Shown: positions 10,791-23,250 of the stretch, piece by piece
How positions within the stretch are numbered: the first letter of the stretch is position 1
How the letters are laid out: every line of letters starts with the position of its first letter
NCBI RefSeq assembly: GCF_006345805.1
Contig: NC_043008.1
Span: 69,254,001-69,318,000 of the forward strand
Reading direction: 5' to 3'
From: Octopus sinensis
Lineage: Eukaryota
Length of the DNA: 64,000 bases
Notes under the pieces: model-generated
What the model saw: only the letters and a program-made list of their open reading frames with translations
Told to the model about the DNA's origin: nothing
Databases searched by the model: none
Made by a program: the position numbers and the translations under genes

Positions 10791-11343
10791 TGAGTGAGAG
10801 AGCAGTGCATGCCATCAAAATGACACTGGGCTAAAATATACGAAGCCCAGTATACCCATCATGACTAGCCGTCTGATAAGGATACACCAACACATGCATC
10901 ACAACCATATGTGCGCGACATAGTGATCTCATACCAAGATAAACAGCACATGACCTTGCAGGTGGGGCCCAGTTAGAATTTTCTTCTGGTCGAGTAACCC
11001 ATTTCGCTCAAAAGCTCCATGAATAAGGGTTGTTTAAGGGTGTTGAAGGAATATCTTTGTTTGCAAATATTAGTACTTCAAACCCCAAAGAATCCCCCTC
11101 AACACATGGCTATGATGCTCCCCCACTACTTCTGTTCATGATCAGAGATGCACATAGCGTCAGCCACTAAGGGACATGCTCAACTGGTTAAGGTCAAACA
11201 ACTGACAAGCAAATCTGTGTCATTGAGCAGAATATTTGCTGTAGCCCATCTTTCATACGAAGACAAAAAATGTACATGATAACACTTCCAATCAATTAAG
11301 ATCAGAAGCCACGAGAGCCACTGCTTGGTACTGCATTAGGGCA
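10791..11343 (-). mobile_element. Approximately 555-bp non-coding interspersed repeat in (TAA)n (full copy)
   Basis: Collinear with 46671-47226 and 59496-59963 and flanked by TTA tracts on both sides. The strand is assigned by its (TAA)n tail. Confidence 0.9.
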
Positions 11344-11356
11344 TTTATTATTATTA

Positions 11357-11429
<73 letters not shown>

Positions 11430-11454
11430 TTATTATTATTATTATTATTATTAT

Positions 11455-11784
11455 TGAGTGAGAGAGCAGTGAATGCCATCAAAGTGACACTGAGGTAAAA
11501 TATACGAAGCCCAATGTACCCATCATGATTACCCTCTGATAAAGGTACACCAAGCATGTGCATGATCTTGCAAGTGGGGCCCAGTTAGAATTTTAATCAG
11601 GTCGAGTAGCCCATCCCGCTCGAAAGGTTTCTGAATAAGGGTTGTTTAAAGATATTGAACAAAAACACATGTTCTAGAGGTGAACTATCCAACACCCACC
11701 TTATTCCTCTCAATACATGGCTACGATACGTCCCACTACTTCTGCTAGTGATCAGAGAGGCACATATCAGCACCCACCAAGGGA
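11455..11784 (-). mobile_element. 555-bp repeat, truncated and internally deleted copy
   Basis: Same TGAGTGAGAGAGCAGTG end and lacks a central block relative to 10791. Confidence 0.85.
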
Positions 11785-11800
11785 TTATTATTATTATTAT

Positions 11801-12520
11801 TGTTCAGTAGTTCTATTTTTAATGTCGTGCTTTCACTTCACTGCCGAGCTCAGCTCTGTGTGCCTTGGGTATGTGCTGTGATTTGTTGTGATGCTCTGAT
11901 GGTTACTGTTTTTTGCGTAGGATGTGTGCAGTGCCCAGTAGTCCTGGTATTTTTGTTATCTATTTGTCTGAATATTTTTTTATCATACCTAATGCGCCTA
12001 CTATGATAGGAATTGTTTCTGTTTTTAGATTCCACATTCGAGTTACCTCTATTTCCAGGTCTTTGTATTTTGAGAGTTTCCCCATTTCTTTTAGAGACAC
12101 ATTGTCATCTACTTGTATTGATACATCAATTAGAAAGCATTTTTTTGTTCGTGATCTCTGACAACTATATCTGGCCTATTGGCCTTAATTTCTCTATCTG
12201 TGTGTATTGGGATATCCCAAAGTATGGTTGCTTTCTCATTTTCTGTGACCTTTTCTGGTGTGTGCCTATACCATCTTTTTTCTGTTGTTATTCCATAGTG
12301 TTGGCATAGCTTCCAGGCCCCAATGCTGTCGTGTCTATGGATATATTCCTTCTTAGCCATGACTGGGCAGCCAGAGACAATATGATTTATTGATTCTTGC
12401 CCATCTCCACATTCTGGTGGGGAGGCTTTGGTTTTGTGCTGCAATCAAAAATCCCTCCGTCTCTGCTTTGAGTCCTGAGCTTCTCAAACATTGTTGGGAT
12501 TTTTCTGTCTATTTCTTTTG
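11801..12520 (-). mobile_element. R4/Dong-type non-LTR retrotransposon, 3' fragment
   Basis: ORF 12130-12444 reads ESINHIVSGCPVMAKKEYIHRHD...ILWDIPIHTDREIKANRPDIVV (zinc knuckle plus RLE PD motif). It ends in a (TAA)n tail and is the same subfamily as 47478-48545. Confidence 0.9.
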
Positions 12521-12534
12521 CATTTAGCTTATAT

Positions 12535-12564
12535 CATCATTATCATCATCATCATCTTCATTAC

Positions 12565-12621
<57 letters not shown>

Positions 12622-12650
12622 AAGTGGTATCAGTAGTAGTAGTAGTAGTA
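12535..12650. repeat. (CAT)/(TAT)/(TAG) compound microsatellite
   Basis: Direct inspection. Confidence 0.9.
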
Positions 12651-12834
12651 ATATTTATGGCGTAGCTGCGCAGAATGTTACCTCAGTGCTGTGATTTCTC
12701 GTTAAGATTGATGGATTGAATTAAAATCGATTGGATACAATCTGAATGATTACATATAAACCAATTAATGACTCATATAAAAGTAAACAGTACCCAAGGA
12801 ATATAAAGAATATATGTTTTCACGACTCAATAGT

Positions 12835-13106
12835 AACATATATATACATACATATATATGTGTGTGTGTGTATGTATGCGTGTGTGTGTGTATGTATGTG
12901 TGTGTACATATGAATATATATATGCATATATATATACATATATATATATATCTATATATATACATATACATGTGTATATATACGTGTGTGCATATATATA
13001 CATATATGTGTGTATATGTATGTATATATTTATGCATATATATGTATATATCTCTATATATATGTATATATATATACACACACACACACACACATACACA
13101 GGCACA

Positions 13107-13170
<64 letters not shown>

Positions 13171-13240
13171 TGTATATATATATTTATGTATGGATATATT
13201 TATGTATACCTTACACACACACACACATATATATATATGA
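12835..13240. repeat. (TA)/(TG)/(CA)/(CT) compound microsatellite field
   Basis: Direct inspection. Confidence 0.9.
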
Positions 13241-14424
13241 CGTATTTATTTATGGAAATCACATTCAATAAAGATTAATAAATATATATTTAGTCTTGTT
13301 TCCTTTTATTAACACACGCACGCGGGAAACCGAACGACACGTAAGTTACAAATATTCAGGGTAGTTACACATAATTAAATTAAATTTGCTGCACAATAAC
13401 GTAGAATCGAACAGCGAAAATGTAACGTTTTTAGTTTTAAAACAAACCGAAGCGTAAATAAAAAGACCATTCAGACGAAAGACAATAGGAAATGTGAGCA
13501 GCCGCAGGAATACGAACCTGTGTCTTTCCGAATTGATGTGTCTATTCAAGGACCCCTATACTACGTGTTCCTGACTGTGATACACTCTCATCACGCATCG
13601 ATATCTTTATACTGAGGGGCTTCGAATTTCGAGATGGTTGTGAAAACTTGTATATCGGATGCGTATTTTCGTGTCTTGCCTGCGTCTTTTTGGTATGTTT
13701 TTACCCCAATTCGACCCTCTAAACGTCCTCTTTGTTACATAGCATGCTGAGAATGTGGTGACCTTCATTGATATTATTCACGTTATTTACAAAAGAGACT
13801 ATTTGTGGTTTACTTTTACGATGTGTGATCTGTGAGTTCAACAATGAAATTTAATTTTATTGTTGCTTAAACTCGGATTAAAACAGTGAATACATGTTTA
13901 CTGTTTCAAGCAGAGTTGAGACGTGATAATACAATGAGGATTCATATGGGAGATAATAATATAATTGTGAGATGCCGGTGGGACTGAAATCCACTCTGAT
14001 CAATAGCAGGTTATGTAAACAATAAATAACACGCGCACGCAGTTACACCCACACACAAACATATTTACACATACAGAGAACTCTCTCTCTCTCTCTCACA
14101 CACATACACACACATGTATAGATATGATATATCTGTATCCCTAACCTAGCCTTGTGTTTCCCATACATACATACATACATACATACATACATACATACAT
14201 GTATTTATGTACGTATATCTATCTGGTGCCATGACTCCTTAATGGCTTGATGGAGTCTTAGGGGCGCCATCGTGACATATGGCTTTGATTGGGAGATATT
14301 TTGACTACTGAAACCCATACCTCTCCGGATGTGACTACATTCGATTTCTTCTAGAAGACAGAAAATATAGAAAGGAAGAGTTAGAGAGAGAAAAGAGTCA
14401 ACTCTATTTCATGACTGGTACATT

Positions 14425-14545
14425 ATTTATCGACCCATGAGAGACAAAATTCAAAAGCGATCTCGACGGGATTTGAACTCAGATCACGATGCACAAGAAC
14501 AATTACCACAAAGCAACATATCCCACATTTTGCCAATTCGCCGCA
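14425..14545 (-). mobile_element. SINE family A, decayed fragment
   Basis: The reverse complement is GCGGCGAATTGGCAAAATG...GAGTTCAAATCCCGTCGAG. Confidence 0.6.
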
Positions 14546-14614
14546 TACGTGTGTATGTATGCGTATGTGTTTGTGTATGTCTGTGTATGTATATCTATGT
14601 AACCATACTATATA

Positions 14615-14663
<49 letters not shown>

Positions 14664-14799
14664 TATATATATATATGTTTGCTATCTTTCTTACAGTGAG
14701 TGAATTAAAATATAACTGGTTTCTATGTATCCATCTTATCAAATGCTGAACAGACTTTTTGGGAAGGCAAAGAGAAAAACATTTGTGGATTTTAACAGC

Positions 14800-15032
14800 T
14801 TGTACCCCTGTTTTACTGCATAATGAAATTTTACTTTAGAGTCACTTATACATGTTTCGTCTATGGGGTTTTGCGTTGGGGTACAAGAGTTCAAGTTTCA
14901 GGAATTATATTCTTTTCAATAGAATTTCTGAAACTTGAACTCTTGGACTCCAAACCAAAACTACATAGACGAAACATATACAAGAAGTGACTCTAAAGTA
15001 AGACTTCACGATGCAGTAAAACAGGGGTACAA
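14800..15032. mobile_element. 233-bp foldback (MITE-like) palindrome
   Basis: Perfect 21-bp terminal inverted repeat TTGTACCCCTGTTTTACTGCA (14800-14820 and 15012-15032). Pairing continues imperfectly to the centre near 14915. Confidence 0.7.
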
Positions 15033-15208
15033 ACTATTAAACCCCACCAGCCTTTTTTCTCTTTGACTTCCCCGCAAATTCTTTTTAATATTTGATAAGG
15101 TGGATATATGGAAACCAGTTATATTTTAAATCACTCACTGTAAGAAAAATATTAAACATTCTCAAAAATATACTTTTGTGTTTTTTCCGCACTTATTTAA
15201 TTTTATAA

Positions 15209-15286
<78 letters not shown>

Positions 15287-17699
15287 TAAATGCATATATG
15301 TTTACATACATTCTTCCCCGAAAATATACATATATATGCTGAAGAACGGGAAAAATTGCTTCAGATACATTCTTTAATAGTATTTCCAATTATTGCAACG
15401 ATGTCTTAAAAGAGAATGAAATGGATTCAAAGAAAAAACATCGATTGTGTCCAGCATCATAATATAAAAGAAAGAAAGAGTATGCGGTTTAATCTCACTT
15501 TTAGTTAAAATGTTTCCCATAATCGCCGCAGTCTTCTTTTTTTACTTATAAGTTATATGCAAACACTTCCAACAGATCTGTTTCCGTTACAAACGCTTCA
15601 ATGAAATGATATCACAGTCAACTACAGTTGTATCCAAACTGAGGCTACTGGCATAAACAGAGTCAACAACAGAATCCCCACATTTAGATAACTTTCAAAC
15701 CCATCGATTCAATGTGACTGCAGTAATATATTCTGTCATCTTGATATTAAATGTCTTTCAAATGCGACCTTTGTAGATGGTGTTGAAAGACATCTCAGTG
15801 ATCTTCAAATATCTCATAAACGAAATATTACTTCATTATCTCTATTGTAGGATGTAAAAATAAAAAAAATACATTATCATTTGCCCGAATCTACATTTCT
15901 TGCTAACTGCTCCTGTAGATGCCTGGGTGGTTTATCGGAAAAGTTAAAATATCTATTTTAAACCTGAATTCTGGCAAATTAATGAGTGAGCCTGAGCGTA
16001 TTTCTACTAGTTGCCATCGAGTAATATATCAGTTAAATCAGTTTAAACTGCCTGCTGTGTGACATTTTTTCAAACTTGCTTTGTACTTTGCGACTCTGCG
16101 CGTTTCACATATGTGCATCAGGTTGCCATGATCCTTCAGAAATAGCCTGAGAGAAAAACTATTCCTGTAAGGATGAACCAAGGTGACAGTTGGTTACATC
16201 ACCTGACTATTGTGTCGTACTTCAGTTTCCTTCTTACGCAATCGTAACGCCTGTTCTTCCTCAACCTGTGGAATGGACACGTTTAACTGATCAGGTGGTA
16301 TATCTCTTACCAACGCTCTCTCGAAGGTCGACTCAGAATGCTGTGGCTGTAAATGCGCAGACACGCACTGAAGTAGTGTCGCCTGCAGATATTTCTGGAA
16401 CGTAAGCGTTTGTTCTATTCGTATGTGAGACACGTATTTCCGCAGCTGTTCTCTTTTCCTGAGTCAAGAAACGACCAAATTGAATACCTGCTATCAGGAA
16501 TATCTTAAGACGTTCACCTCCTTTAACCAATCGGGCACTGTGGTCAGTAAAAGTTCCGCCTGAACAACGTTATAGGGATTTTTACTACTTTTATCCCCAA
16601 ATTTGAGTTATCTTTATTTTCACATATTTCTGATCCTACTATGATATTTTTATTGTGTGAGTGTGTGTGTGTTCTTTCTCGTAGAGTTGACTAAATGATG
16701 TTGTGTCTGCTTGCCTTGACCATATCAATATACAATGGAGGGCGTTCAGAACATGGTTATGTAACTTGCTATACTCTGGAAGACATAACTTGTTTATTAG
16801 CATAATATCAAACACCAGTCAGCTATAGAACATTCCACATCTACGACAGTTCAATGTTGTAGTTCAACAGAGAATGGGTGTACAATATGCACATACACCA
16901 AGAGGAAATATTCTAAATGTTTCTTTTTACCATAACATTTTCCAAGAAAAATTCTGTGGCTCAAGTAAATTACATGCGGTTCATATATAACACTAGAATT
17001 ATTGTTGATCACTTATCCGTTTAAAGTCAAGAAAATTTTGTGATCACTTTATTCTACCTGTCTTCGATATTCTGATTTGACATTTAATTTTCATCGATTC
17101 TTCAAAAAAACCCGTCACATCAACAGCGTCTCTGAATCTTCATATCCCGATTGTCATTATTTTGGCTGGGTCACGCATATACTGGCAAGCTTATAAGCCT
17201 GTAACATTATTGCATTACCATCTTTTACAACTTAAACTCTTTCATATGTTTTGGAATTCTAACTGACCAAATATCATAAGAATTCCAGGGATCACCGTCT
17301 CAATTTTAAGGGATACGTGGAACTACAGTATTTGATGTGTTTCATTTCCCAATATAATATGGTGTGATTTCAGAGACATTTGGTTGCTCTTTCTACCGGG
17401 GCAACCAAATATAGAGAAACTGGGGTTTCTAATTGCTAATAAGGCAAATAATTATTTGAAATGGTCGCCATTTCAACATTTATTGTTCAATGATAATGCA
17501 GCGGACATTAATTGTTCGATAGTAATGCAGCGGTAATTGAATCGTAGTGTAGTGTTGTGTAGGTGCTACCAAGAACAAGCCATTGATCAAAAAGGAAGAC
17601 CAAAGCCAGAGGTTCATTCCAAAGCCAGAGGTTCATAAGGCTTAATTCTGGGAATCTATGACGTGTATAGTCCGTACCGGAAGGGACGCCGGTTCGTCA

Positions 17700-17842
17700 C
17701 AGAATTACTTATTTTTGCCGGTTGAGTGAACCGGAGTAATGTGAAATGAAGTGTTTTGCTCAAGAACATCGCCCAGTCCAGGAATCGAAACTACAATCTT
17801 ACGATCATGAGCACAATATCCTAACCACTAGCCCACGCACCA
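17700..17842 (-). mobile_element. tRNA-derived SINE, family C (5' part)
   Basis: The reverse complement GGTGCGTGGGCTAGTGGTTAGG...TAGTTTCGATTCCTGG...CTTGAGCAAAACACTTCATTTCAC matches the copy at 57995. Confidence 0.7.
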
Positions 17843-18654
17843 CCACAGTTCATTGATTCTACTATGTAAATGTTAAACAGATATATCATAAATAATTGGT
17901 AGTGTTATGGTGTGTAGATGTGACGCACACTTCTATTCGAAGCTGCTAGTCGGCAAGAGTGATCTCTTCCGTTTTAATCTCAAATTTCTGACTCTACTTC
18001 CTTTGTGTGAAAATAATGTTAAAGACGATGAGGTTGATGGTGGTGGTGCTACTGCGGCTGGTGATTTTGAAGATTATAATGATAATGTTCGATGAGATGT
18101 TGATGATGATGACAACAATGATAACGAAGACGACAACGGCGACAACAACGACGGTGACGACGATGACGGTGGCGGCGACGATATTGATGATGACGACACA
18201 TGACCCAACAAATTAGTGTCTCGGTAGTTAACAAGACTGTTAACAACAGCAACAACAATGATATCATTATGAACTAAATTAAGAGCTTCTTCTTGATCAC
18301 TTGTCCTGCGAGAAATAGCAACCAAATCCACTCAGGGCGAATGCCAGCCACCAACGTCTTATAAAAGGGTTCATTCGCTAATGTGGTTCCAAGTTCTCTG
18401 CGCACAGGATAAAGACAGAATGGTTACGGCTGAATGCCTTTGAGCAGAGGTGATTTACGGCTAAATAATCTGAGAAACAGAATAAAAAATATAATAAAGT
18501 AATTAGTAACATAGTAGAATACCAAAAACCTGAACTCGCGAATCGAACCCAGTAATTATAAAATCCGGGTCTTTAACGCTTCAGTAACTGTCTCAACAAA
18601 CCGTTCACCATTTAAAAAAAGGTCTTGAATTGATTAAAAAATCATTTAAGAAGA

Positions 18655-18783
18655 CGAAAACAACGAAGAAGAAGAACAACAACAACAACAATAAAGATAA
18701 TAATAATAATGTTGAAGATGATGATGATGATAATAATAATATCAATAATGATAATGATGATGATGATAATAATGATGATAATG

Positions 18784-18814
<31 letters not shown>

Positions 18815-18874
18815 TAATATAATAAAAAATAATAATAATAAAGATAATAATAATAATAATAATAATAATATTAA

Positions 18875-18910
<36 letters not shown>

Positions 18911-18989
18911 GATATAATATAATAATAATAACTAATAATAATATAATAATAAAACTAATAATAATAATAATAATAATAATAAAGATAAT

Positions 18990-19021
<32 letters not shown>

Positions 19022-19072
19022 TAATATAATAATAATAATAATATAATAATAATAATAATAAAGATAATAATA

Positions 19073-19115
<43 letters not shown>
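18655..19115. repeat. Long compound (GAA)(CAA)(GAT)(AAT)n microsatellite
   Basis: Direct inspection; about 460 bp. Confidence 0.95.
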
Positions 19116-19587
19116 CAAACAGCTTGCCGTTTCCTATATATTGTATCAACTATTGGATAAGTTCAAAACATGAAAGTCAGCAGTAAATTTGATTAAAATT
19201 CTCATGGTTTTAGTTGCTTTTGTTCCGAAGAATTCAAATTAAACAGAGAATGTCCACGAGAGAATTACTTAACGAACCGAAACCTTGTTTATTCTTTATA
19301 ATCGTTGGTCGCCATTTTTATTGTTGTTATTGTTGCATTACCTCTAGTTTTTGTTGTTTGCTTTCTTGTTTTTTTTCTTGTTATTATTGTTGTGTTTGTT
19401 TAGCTTTGTGAGGGTATGCGTCTGTATGTGGGTGCATGTATGCATGTGTCTGTGTCTGTGGGTCTGGGTTTGACTGTGTTGTTTCTCTTTCGATTTATTT
19501 TTTAAATCAATTGTTTTTTAGCTCCTGATCCAGTGGCAAGTGGTGAGAGTATGCCTCCGTATACAGGAAAACATACATACATACATA

Positions 19588-21030
19588 AATGAATGTATCT
19601 ATCCATTCATACATCTATTCATCCATCCATTCATCCATATATACATGCATACTTACATACATACAAACATACATATATATGTATATATATATACACATGT
19701 GTATATGCAATATTTTATAGAATAATATGAATATGTATGTATATATATATATATATATACATACACTCACACACAGATGCATACATACATACATACATAT
19801 ACATACATACATACATACATGCATGCATACATACATATATACATACCAACATACATATACCTCATACATACAACATATACATACATACATACATACATAC
19901 ATACGTACATACATACATACATACATACATACAGATATTGCAACTGACCAGAACAATATGAAATTATTCTCGGCTTGGCAAGTATTAATTAGAAAAAGAA
20001 AAAAATTATTCGAAATGATGAAACGACACACACACTAGCACATACACTTACACACTCTAAACACACGTAAAACACATGTATCAATATATATATATGTATG
20101 CATACATTACATCATATACACACATATACATACATACATATATGTGCATATATATATATATACATTAATATATATATATATATGTATGTATGTATGTATA
20201 TATGTATATATATATACACATGTGTATATGCAATATTTTATAGAATATAATGAATATGTATGTATGTATATATATATATAAATACATACACTCACACACA
20301 GATGCATACCTACATACATACATCTACATACATACATACATACATGCCATGCCTACATACATATAATACATACCAACATACATATATACATACATACATA
20401 CTACATACATAATGAATGTATCTATCCATCCATACGTCTATTCATCCATCCATTCATCCATATATACATGCATACTTACATACATACAAACATATATACA
20501 TATATATGTATATATATATACACATGTGTATATGCAATATTTTATAGAATATAATGAATATGTATGTATGTATATATATATATAAATACATACACTCACA
20601 CACAGATGCATACCTACTACATACATATACATACAACATACATACATACAAGCATGCATACATATATCATACCTACGTACATACATACATATATACTACG
20701 TACAAACATACATATATATACTACATACAAACATCATACAACATACAAACATACTACAATACAACATACATACATACATAAATATGTACATACATACATA
20801 CATACAGATATTGCAGCTGACCAGAACAATATGAAATTATTCTCGGCTTGGCAAGTATTAATTAGAAAAGAAAAAAATTATTCGAAATGATGAAACGGCA
20901 CACACACTAGCACATACACTTACACACTCTAAACACACATAAAACACATGTATCAATATATATATAGTATGCATACATTACATCATATACACACATATAC
21001 ATACATACATATATATATGTGCATATATAT
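19588..21030 (+). repeat. Tandem duplication with a period of about 0.82-0.87 kb, plus a partial third copy
   Basis: AATGAATGTATCTATCC occurs at 19588 and 20411. The non-repetitive core CAGATATTGCA(A/G)CTGACCAGAAC...GATGAAACG occurs at 19932 and 20805. Confidence 0.9.
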
Positions 21031-21033
21031 ATA

Positions 21034-21092
<59 letters not shown>

Positions 21093-21428
21093 ACACATAA
21101 TGCATACTATGTATGTATGTGTATATATAGTATGTATGTATTCATAACACCTGCATACTACGAATGTTAGTACAACAGATGACATGTGTACATTTACGAG
21201 GCATGTATGTATGAGTATATATATTATAATATATATAGATATATATATAGATTATATATATTATATATATATATATTATTACATACATACAAACGCATAT
21301 ATTCATTTATTATGAAAACACATATGCGTACACATAACATATATGTATGCATATGTATGCGTGCATACATGCCGACACAAACGCTTACTCACATACAATC
21401 GGCCCCATAAATACATACATACATATAA

Positions 21429-21509
<81 letters not shown>

Positions 21510-22788
21510 CGTTATAGCTGGAGTATATTTATTTCTGTGTTTCTCAATGTTTTCTCTTCTGTTTGTTACAAACGAAAGTTTAATTTTTTCCATCATTGGT
21601 TTTTTTCTTCTTTCGATGCTCTTTTTTCTTTTTATCTTTAATATTATTAGTTGAAATAGTTTTTAGTTTAATTAAATAATCTGATTGAATGCTTCTGAAA
21701 GATAAACAACATTATTTCCATATATATATATATATGTATATATGTATGTGTGTATGTATGTATGTATGTATGTATGTATGTATGTATGTATGTATGTATG
21801 TATGTATGTATGAGTATGATTATGTATGGATGTACATTTAAATATATATATATATAAGTATATATGTAAATATATCTATATATATGTATATATATATATG
21901 TGCGTGTGTACATATGTATGTGTGCTTGTGTTTGTGAAGGAGAGAGTGTGAGGGTTTGTCTAGTGTTTTAAAATAAAAAGTAAAATAAATTTAAAGATTT
22001 TATTTCATCAAATCTCTAATAATTATCAGATGGAAAGAAAAGGTAGAAAGGACACACACACACACACACACACACACCCACATACACACAAAGACTAAAC
22101 AAAATCGAGTAAGAACGTTACAACTAGCAATAGTAACAAGAACAAAAACAACAAAAAACAATAACAACAACAACAACAACAGTAATGATGATAACTATAA
22201 TAATGAAAGATAATAAAAATCATGCAAAGCTGCCAAACAAAACAAAAAAACATGAATTATAAATAATGATAATAACGATGACGATGATGAGTATGATGAT
22301 GATGATTATGATAATGATGATGATGATTATGATGATGATTATGATGATGATGATGAACATTTAAACAAGAACAACAGTAACTCAGAGGAAAAAAGAAATC
22401 TAATTCGTTGTTACTCTTAAAATTATGATTTTAATCTTTCATTTGATTTAGAATTACAAAATGCATTGTCGTTTAAAGACGTACTTTGTGTGTGTACTTA
22501 TTAGCATTGAATGCCATGTATGTATGCCTGTCTCCCTTTAAACGTATGTGTGTGTGTGCACTGGGTGCTTGTGGGCTTCTGATTGATGCTATGGCCGAGA
22601 CATTTGTGCATGTCAATGTGTGTGTGTATGTGTGTGCGTGTGCCCACGAATGCTTGTTTATATGTTGCATATGTGTAAGTGTATGTGCGTGTATCTCCGT
22701 GAGTATGTTTGAATGCATTTATGTATACATGTGAATTATAGTTTCCTATCAGTGTGCATGTAAATGCGCGTAGGTGTAGCCATGCATG

Positions 22789-22823
<35 letters not shown>

Positions 22824-23053
22824 ATATATATATATATATATATATCTATATTAAAATGCATATATATATATATATGTTTTTGGTGTGTGCTCTTTATTTT
22901 AAATTCAGTTCTTTTCAATCTGTATCTGACAAATACATGAAACACGCGCAAGAAGACAACATATGCACAGCACAACCACAACTTGACAATAATAATAACA
23001 TAATAATAATAATAATAATAATAAAATAATAAAATAATATATAATAATAATAA

Positions 23054-23085
<32 letters not shown>

Positions 23086-23127
23086 GCAACAACACCAATA
23101 ATACTAATAATAATAGCAATAGGTGGA

Positions 23128-23250
23128 AGAAGAAGAAGAAGAAGAAGAAGAAGAAGAAGAAGAAGAAGAAGAAGAAGAAGAAGAAGAAGAAGAAGAAGAA
23201 GAAGAAGAAGAAGAAGAAGAAGAAGAAGAAGAAGAAGAAGAAGAAGAAGA
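23128..23250 (+). repeat. Pure (GAA)n tract, about 40 units
   Basis: Direct inspection; source of the poly-Arg ORF. Confidence 0.95.

Noticed and set aside
12700-12780. Cluster of TGATGGAT (Pbx-Hox-like), CAATTA and TGACTCA motifs
   Set aside because: Short motifs of this kind are expected by chance in 64 kb of AT-rich DNA, and no conservation data are available.
14681-14760. Strong acceptor TATCTTTCTTACAG at 14696
   Set aside because: All three downstream frames hit stops quickly and no good donor follows.
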